Shown in pieces: positions 54,901-64,000 of a stretch of 64,000 nucleotides of DNA. The DNA lies in NCBI GenBank assembly GCA_964016885.1, contig OZ024758.1:4960001-5024000 (forward strand), in the 5' to 3' direction. The first letter of the stretch is position 1. Every line of letters begins with the position of its first letter. Position numbers and translations under genes: made by a program. Below the pieces are notes generated by a model. It was not told where the DNA came from, ran no database searches, and saw only the letters and a list, made by a program, of their open reading frames with translations. This DNA comes from Eledone cirrhosa. Lineage: Eukaryota.

Positions 54901-55607
54901 ACTTTATAGACAAGGAGAAGGAATTTGAATAACTAAACGGTGTCAGGTTGCGCAAACAGAGTAAAATATAAATTTATCCAACTTGATATCATTATCAATT
55001 AACCCCCACTGAACTGGTATGTATATTTTAGTAATTTCTTTATTGACTGATAAGTAGAGTGGCCCAGACAAGGTTGACTATGAGGATCTGTTAGACTTAA
55101 GTGTGTAATTCTAATTACTACACATAATATATAACAATGCACAACCAATAATTACAAATAATTCCCCAGATTAGCAACTCAACGATTTATGTCTGAAAGA
55201 TTTAGACGAACATTTAGGCAATTAGCCTATATTTTTATTGGAAAAAAAGTTTGTTTAGATATGTCTAGGAAAAATGAAGTAATAATTGCTACGAATCAAA
55301 ACATTCGTTGGCTGTGAGTTCTACTAACAATAATTATCCTTGTATTTAACACAATTATTAAATAAAGTTTCTATTTCTTCTGATTATGTTATATTTAATA
55401 TAACGTGGTATACAAAATACACAATATAACATTTAAAACGAATTTGAGTTATCATAACTCAGACTACATATTTAAGAACCGGTTGCCATAATAACCAGCA
55501 ATTCCAAATTTGTTATCGCTGTTCTATATATAAGCCAACTGATAACCTTGTTATAATTAAAACGGCCATTATACCCAAACTAAAGCAATTATTATTAATA
55601 GGAATTT

Positions 55608-55848
55608 TAGGGTGGTGGATTGGCAGTTTCAGTAGAGGGCCGGACGCCATGCTTTGCAGCATAGAGTTACGGTCCTTTACAGTCTGAGTTCAAATCCCGC
55701 CGAGGTTAACTTTGCCTTTCATCCTTACGGGGTCGATAAAATAAAGTACCAGTAATACACTGGGATAATTGAAACTCAGTCCGTAAAGGGACGTAACTGT
55801 GCTGCAAAGCATGGAGTCCGACCCTCTACCGATACTGCCAATCCACCA
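55608..55848. mobile_element. Nin-core SINE (+) followed by an inverted copy of its tRNA head (-)
   Basis: 55612-55692 matches the reverse complement of 55773-55848. Confidence 0.8.
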
Positions 55849-56543
55849 TAATGATGTTCCCTCATTAGCAGATTTGAACTCATCATTATAAACGTCAGTA
55901 AAACCTGTTAGTATTACAGTACAGCTACAAGCTACATAACAGCTACTTCACGTATTGTATTGATCTGAATTCTAAAGAAATCTTCTAATCTTGTTCCTTG
56001 TTTTACATCAACCTTTCTATTTTTCACATCATAAATTGCATGAAATATTTGTATTTTTGAGATCAATAATGTTTAATATTGGTTGACTTTTCTCCCATGA
56101 CTACAAAAAAAAAAAAAAATAGAAGAAAGAAACGCCTTATTTTACTGCTTGGATTTATTTATTTATTTATTTATTTATTTGTTTTGCCGCTATGATTTTG
56201 AAACAAAGAAGAGAACGACTAAGAATCTGGTTATCATAAAAATCACTTTTGTTAACATTTTATTTTGGATATAACAACGTAGTTACTATTAGAATCTTTT
56301 TTCATTTTATAAAATATATTTCTTGTACATCACACACACACACATGCACACACACGCACGCACGCGCGCACAAGGGGTGACTTGGGAGAGTTGTTAAGCA
56401 AAATATTTATACTCTGCTATGTCTTGAGTACCTTACTTTATGTGGTTACTCCCGATTGAACCCGGGATAAACTTATATATATATATATATATATATAATC
56501 AATGATATTAAATAAATGGAAACTATATTTATAAAACCATATT

Positions 56544-56606
56544 TATTTTATTATATATATTTCAAGGGTAACAAGACACATTGGTACGCTTTCATCAGAT
56601 AAAATA
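56544..56606 (-). ncRNA. Type I hammerhead ribozyme, family A (inverted twin of 56685-56747)
   Basis: Reverse-complement copy with one substitution in stem II. Confidence 0.82.
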
Positions 56607-56684
56607 CAAAGTTTGTTTTATAGAGACATAACCATGAAAATAATACCTTATCGGTTGGATATTCACTGGATAAAACAAACTTTG

Positions 56685-56747
56685 TATTTTATCTGATGAA
56701 AGCGTACCAATGTGTCTTGGTACCCTTGAAATATATATAATAAAATA
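56685..56747 (+). ncRNA. Type I hammerhead ribozyme, family A
   Basis: tattttat-CTGATGA-aagcgtaccaa(tgtgtc)ttggtaccctt-GAAA-tatata-TA-ataaaata, with a perfect stem I. Confidence 0.88.
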
Positions 56748-56872
56748 AATATGGTTTTATAAATATAGTTTCCATTTATTTAATATCATTGAATATTTAC
56801 TCCAGTAACTTGTTGAGTGCTATAAATCAGTTATAAACATTTATATTTGTCGGACTTCCAACAAATTAAATA

Positions 56873-56925
<53 letters not shown>

Positions 56926-57702
56926 ATGTATATATATATATGTATGTGTATGTATATATATATATGTATGTGTATGTATATATATATATGTATGTGTATG
57001 TATATATATATATGTATGTGTATGTATATATATATATGTATGTGTGTATGTATATATATATATATGTTTGTGTGTGTGTGTGTATGTATATAGTTAATAA
57101 ATGAAACAAATAACACAGGAGGCAATTGTACACAATTACATTAGATTCAGGCTTGGTGGAAGTGGAGGATGTATGAATTCATATATATATATATGAATAT
57201 ATATATATATATTCATATATATATATATGTGTGTGTTTGTGTGTGTGTGTGGAATGGGAGATCACGCGTACATAATATTATTATTAATTCACCATATTAT
57301 TTTGCGTGACGCAAAATAATATGGTGAACTAAATCCACCATATTTTCAAGATAAATAACTATAGAAATATAGAAATAAAAACACTTATACATAAAAAATA
57401 TATATCTCTGTTTCCAGATATGTAATAATACAAATAATTACACATATATTTACTAGACTACGTTTATCATAATTTCATATTTCAGGTTCTCAACCTGAAA
57501 AAAACTTTAATTATGAACGAACATTAAACAGATCACTGGACTCTTTCTAAACTCTCGAGAAATATACGAATTACTTAATCTATTCTGTAATATTTTCTTT
57601 ATTGTTTTATAGATAGTTAAATAGGGGAGGGAGAGACCTATATTATACTCTCAAGAGGTTTTCTCTCGCTCATATATACAGAGGGGAGAGAGTGAGATAG
57701 AT

Positions 57703-57750
<48 letters not shown>

Positions 57751-57835
57751 ACAATAGATGAGATCAACGTTACAGAAGCTGAAATTTTTCCCGAGGACAT
57801 TATGACGTGAAGAGAAAAGAAAACAGTTATTCTTC

Positions 57836-58474
<639 letters not shown>

Positions 58475-59488
58475 AGTTAGCAGGGGAATGCAACACGTGA
58501 GAACAATACAATGCAATGATTATATATATTAGTTTAACGCTTGATGTAGATAGAGAGTTAGAGAAAGAGACAAAATGAGAGAGAATGATGGATATATAAT
58601 GATAGATAATTGACAGGAACCGAAGGAGAGACATGGTAGGATAAGAAATATAAAAAAAATGACTACTTTTATTTTATGTCATACAAAGATGATTAATTTG
58701 AATGTGTATGTAAAATCAAGAAAATGGATATTTGTTAAAGTAGCAAAAACATGTCTACTCAAAATATAATCTCTGTAAGAAAGGTTAAGTCAAGTGTGAA
58801 CTTTTATTTTCTCTGTTTGTTTCAAATATGTTCTCTCATGACATACAAATATGGAAAGGGAAATCAGTGGCTGCGCTGAGACAGGTAGAAGAAAAGCGGA
58901 TTATAGAGTTCTGATAGGAGGGTGTTTGATTTGACAATATACCCATTTTTTTCTAATTTAAATTTTAGTTATTTAAAATAAATGTCCATCTCAAGAGAAG
59001 CGTTGATTGTGTCAATCTTTCTTTTAATGCAAATCTAGTATATATATACATATATATATATGTGTGTGTGTGTAGGAGGTGAGTTTTATTGTAGTACAAT
59101 AAAGCAATGCAAATACAAACCTTAATTTAATACTATTCTTAATTCCTTTTTCTTCATGCATAAACCTCATTAACTTTTAATTTCAAAATCTTTTAAATTA
59201 TCTATTATCTTCCAACGGCTTTTTAATTTCTCTCTGTGAGACAATATTTTTCTCAGTTGTAAAGGCTATCTCTCTCTCTATCACCCATTTCTCCTCCTCT
59301 CTCATCCTTCCTTCTTATACTCCTCCCCCACCATCCTTTACTCTTATTTCTTCCTCTTCCTTACCTTTTCCACCACCACCCCCATCACTTTTTCCCAATC
59401 TCATACATCCATCTTAATTTATTTTTCATATGTTGATTTAAAACTTCACTTCTCACAAGTGTTTTTTAAGCTTCATATCATGTCTCCC

Positions 59489-59559
59489 TATTTTATCTGA
59501 TGAGAACGCAGATATCATCCCATGATGATATTTGTTTTTGAAATGCGCATAATAAAATA
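59489..59559 (+). ncRNA. Type I hammerhead ribozyme, family B
   Basis: tattttat-CTGATGA-gaacgcagatatcatc(ccat)gatgatatttgttttt-GAAA-tgcgca-TA-ataaaata. Its differences from the 47.9-kb copy preserve stem II pairing. Confidence 0.85.
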
Positions 59560-59594
59560 CTTGGAACTCTTTTAACCATCTTTTGATCTTATAT

Positions 59595-59678
<84 letters not shown>

Positions 59679-60808
59679 TATATGTGTCTGTGTGTGTGTG
59701 TGTGTATACAGGGATTCTGTCAGTACCACAGCAGAGGTCCGACGAGCTTTTGATTCCAGAGTCGGGCCAGATCGATACAGATCGAACCTTGAGCTGATCA
59801 ATAGCAAAACGCACATCACCAATCAATAAACGTAGTGAAGGCTTAACAAACCGTCCTTCTATTACTATTATATATATTGTGATTTACTCAGTGGTTTGAT
59901 CAAAGGATTCTAGTGATGGCTTGTGTTTTCTGGAATTATAAAATGGCTCTTTTCTCTTTTAAGGCGTGGTGTGATAAGATTTAATGGTATGTTTAATAGA
60001 AGCACGTGGCCTATTGGTAAGAGTGTTAGACTTACGATAATAATGGGTTCGATTCCTAGGTTGCGTGTTGTGTTCTTACGCAAAAGACTTCATTTCACGT
60101 TGCTCCAGTATACTCAGCTGAAAATGAGTACCAGCAATAGCTGGTGGTTTAACCCTGCAATGGACCGGCGTCCTGTCCAGGGGGAGTCTTGTACACTCTG
60201 TCGCTTCACGCCATAAAACCGGGATAAGCACTGGCCAAATGTGACTTCTGGCTTAAGACAGACTTTAAACTTACACTTAATAGATACTGCTCCTTACTGG
60301 CTCACATAAAATAATGCTGCTCCTTGTCCTTGAGAAAGAAACTAACGTTATAAATTTCCTTTACAACTTACAACAATTTTCGCCTTCGTGACTAAGCAAG
60401 ACACTATTATAATTTTGTCACATAATTGAAGGGACACTTTAGAAGATCGAAGTGTATCATTTAAAGCCATTTAAAGCTGTATCCGTAAGGCATGAATAAT
60501 GTATGTAACAATACAATCGTTGATTCGATCCAGTTTAACAGATCAGGAATAATAATGAGACCAAGCTGTTTTCATCGGTTCAATAGCTAAATAATAGAAC
60601 TTTAGTCTATTCACAAAAGAAAATATGAATGCTATCGTATATAGAAGATTTACGTCCATATGCCTGGTATTTATCGAACAGCATAAAAGTGGGTTCAACG
60701 AAGACATAAAATGGTTTTACAATCAATCTGTTGTGTATATGATGCATATCTCTTTCTTTCTATCAGTTTCTCTCTCGCTCGTATATACAGAAGGAGAGAG
60801 AGTGAGGG

Positions 60809-60842
<34 letters not shown>

Positions 60843-60945
60843 GGGGAGGGAGAGACCTATATTATACTCTCAAGAGGTTTTCTCTCGCTCATATATACAG
60901 AGGGGAGAGAGTGAGATAGATGGATAGATAAAGAGAGAGATAGAT

Positions 60946-61004
<59 letters not shown>

Positions 61005-61008
<4 letters not shown>

Positions 61009-61305
61009 ATATTAATAAATAGAAACTATATTTATAAAACCATATTTATAAAACCATATTTATTTTATTATACATATTTCAAGGGCAACCAAAGAAAATT
61101 ATGGTGCGCTTTCATCAGATAAAATACAGATTTGTTTTATAAATAAATATTGACATACCCGGAAAAAAAGACAACCTTAACGGTTGGAGCTTCCTGGATA
61201 GGGGAGATAGTACATTTATTGAGGGTGATACAAAGTTATGTGTACTTTATATCAGTTATAACAATTTTAAAGCTTGTTGAATCCCAACAAATTAAATATA
61301 ACCTC

Positions 61306-61310
<5 letters not shown>
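61005..61310. mobile_element. Family A pseudo-LTR remnant (inverted hammerhead arm plus 3' terminus)
   Basis: Homologous to the 35-kb and 56.5-kb elements and bounded by (TA)n. Confidence 0.65.
61061..61126 (-). ncRNA. Type I hammerhead ribozyme, family A variant
   Basis: Minus strand: tattttat-CTGATGA-aagcgcacca(taattttctt)tggttgccctt-GAAA-tatgta-TA-ataaaata. Confidence 0.8.
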
Positions 61311-61397
<87 letters not shown>

Positions 61398-62341
61398 TAT
61401 ATTATACTCTCAAGACATTTTCTCTCGCTCATATATACAGAGGCGGAGAGAGTGAGTGATATATATATATATATAGAGAGAGAGAGTGATGTGGGGTTAG
61501 AAGTATATTATACTCGCAAGATGTCGATCTATACATCAAATTATATAATGGATAGAATGCACAAAATTGGAAACTTGTTCTATTAGAAAATATATACGTT
61601 CCATAAATATGTAAACATTTACACAGAACAAACTATATTGAAATATTATAAACTAAACTATGAGCCAATTAAAAGCATAACTTACTTAAGAGTGCATCTA
61701 TTGAGTTTCCAGGGTTACTTATATGACATGAAGTAGGTAATATATGTATATACACTTCATCAGTGAATAATATTAACAATTAGAGAAGAAATACTCGTAT
61801 ATTTGGTACTTTAAGTTGGAAGGCTCATGGCTTTGTGGTTAGAGCCTTAGTCTTGCAATCGAAAGGTAGTGAGTTCGATTCTCGGACCGAGTGATGCGTT
61901 GTGTCCTGGAGCATAACATTTTATTTCACGTTACTCCAGTTTACTCAGCTGTAGAAATGCGTTGCGACGTCACTGATGCCAAGCTGTATCGGCCATTGCC
62001 TTTCTCTTGGACAACATATATAGTGTATATAGTATATATATAGTGTATGTAGTATATATATATATATACTGTACACAATGTATGTGCAAATAGTTAGAAT
62101 ATCAGATAAAAGGATTTGTAGCCATTGTTCCGGCTGACAGCGCTGGGAGTTCGAATGTCGCAGGGGTTAACTTTGCTTTTTAACCTGTCGGAGTACCTGT
62201 CTCTAGTTATGGGGTCAATTATGTATTCCCTTACCTTCTTTCTTTCTCTCTCTCACAAACTCTCACTCTCTCACACACTCTCACTCTCTCACACACATAC
62301 ACTCTCTCTCTCACACACATACACTCATTCTCTCTCACATA

Positions 62342-62418
<77 letters not shown>

Positions 62419-63182
62419 CCTGGATTCAAAGCAGCCAAACTTGTCCATTTGTGACGCTGATAAAGGGAACACGGAATTGAGATATTTTCAGTCAAAGATG
62501 GAAATGTGTTGATAGAAAACTGCGTGTTTATCACTGAAACGACACAGATTCCACCACCACCTCACATTGAAATATGAAGTAATGGACCCCCCCCCCTATG
62601 AACCAATCTTCAAGAGGAGTCCGAGGGTGAGAGGTGGGATATGATTTGAAATCACATATTTCAGGAGATATAGAAATACGGGGAAAAAATGAATTATTCC
62701 ATATCGATAATAACTGTTTCTACTTTAGGCACAAGGCCAGCAATTATCCCAGTGCATTACTGGTACTTTATTTTATCGACCCCCGTAAGGATGAAAGGCA
62801 AAGTGAACCTCGGCGGGATTTGAACTCAGACCGTAAAGGGACGTAACTATGCTGGAAAGCATGGCGTCCGACTCTCTACCGATACTGCCAATCCACCTAA
62901 CGACCAAAACAATTAATATAGTTTGATCACTTCCTGTAAATATCAACTAAAGCTCCATAAAAATCCATGTGGTGTAATTGATTAAAATGAATATTATCGG
63001 TAAATGGCAGATTATTATAAACGATACACAGCTTTAATTTACACAATGAAACTAATATAAAACAACCAGCAATGATTTACGCTGATATTTTAATTTCCTT
63101 CTAGTAATGAAACTCAGATTCCTTCTTCTCTGGTTTAATTGACTCATCAATTTAAACAATGAAATATAGTTCAAATTAAGAC

Positions 63183-63996
63183 TACGAGGGTCAGGTGAAA
63201 GGTTCATAGGCTGACTATGACGGAGTGATGTTAGAGCTGTGAAATCTTGAAGTACGGGAGGAGTAGGCTGAAAGGTTCATAAGATGACTATGAAGAAGTG
63301 ATGCTAGAGCTGTAAAATCTTGAAGTACGAGACTAGGCTGAAAATTCATAGGCTGAGTTTGAAGGAGTGATGCTAGAGCTGTGAAATCTTGAAGTATGGG
63401 GGTAAGCTGAAAGATTCATAGGCTGAGTATGAAGGAGTGATGCTGGAGCTGTGAAATCTTGAAGTACGAAGGTTCATAGACTGACTATAGAGCTGTGAAA
63501 TTTTGAAGTTTGGGGGTAGGCTGAAATGTTCATAGGCTGACTATGAAAGAATGATGCTAGAGCTGTGAAATCTGAAGTATGAGTGTAGGCTGAAAGGTTC
63601 TTAGGCTGACTATAAGTGATGTTAGAGCTGTGAAATCTTGAAGTAGGAGGGTCGACTGAAAGGTATATAGGCTGACTATGGAGGAGTGATGCTAGTGTTG
63701 TGAAATCTTGAAGTACGAAGGTAGGCTGAAAGATTCATATGCTGACTATGAAGAAGTGATACTAGAGCTGTGAAATCTTGAAGCACGAGGGTAGAATGAA
63801 AGGTTCATAGGTTGACTATAGAGTGATGTTAGAGCTGTGAAATCTTGCATGAATTAATTTAAATTCTTATTAATAACTGCATTGTTTCTATCCAGGTATT
63901 ATGATGAAAAATTAAACCTCATTTGGTCATTCCATGAGAGTATCTTAGTCATCCTATGAACCTTTCAGCCTCTTAACTTTTCAGCTGACCCTCGTC
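63183..63996 (+). mobile_element. Mariner MITE whose 5' ~68 bp is amplified about 10-fold in tandem
   Basis: Repeated tacg.gggtaggctgaaaggttcataggctgactatgaaggagtgatgctagagctgtgaaatcttgaag, followed by one normal MITE body and the right TIR. Confidence 0.85.
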
Positions 63997-64000
63997 TGTA

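Larger units (their letters stand above)
56499..56875. mobile_element. Fold-back PLE pseudo-LTR remnant (family A) with hammerheads on both strands
   Basis: Inverted arms at about 56499-56620 and 56670-56792, flanked by (TA)n on both sides. Confidence 0.75.

Overview
AT-rich, microsatellite-laden animal genomic DNA. The SINE and MITE families look like those of octopus/cephalopods, which is an inference. No complete host gene is recognisable, and almost all ORF-track entries are translations of (TA)n, (CA)n, (CT)n or (CAC)n repeats. The one intact protein gene is a 773-aa reverse transcriptase plus C-terminal GIY-YIG endonuclease (16222-18543, minus strand) of a Penelope-like element (PLE), probably Hydra clade. 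It lies in a very young 7.5-kb insertion (15111-22627) made of a 1.2-mer partial tandem joined head-to-head to an inverted 5'-truncated copy, with both 3' ends in (TA)n. Each pseudo-LTR carries a type I hammerhead ribozyme with an unusually large (88-nt), apparently branched stem II. Two of these flank the ORF exactly 3597 nt apart. At least six more compact hammerheads of two other families lie in non-coding, often fold-back elements inside (TA)n tracts. The rest is tRNA-derived SINEs, mariner-, piggyBac- and pogo-type MITEs, decayed RTE/CR1/CRE LINE 3' ends, a solo LTR, palindromes and many local tandem expansions. There are also a few low-confidence candidate host exons and promoter motifs. 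Coordinates of degenerate repeats are approximate.
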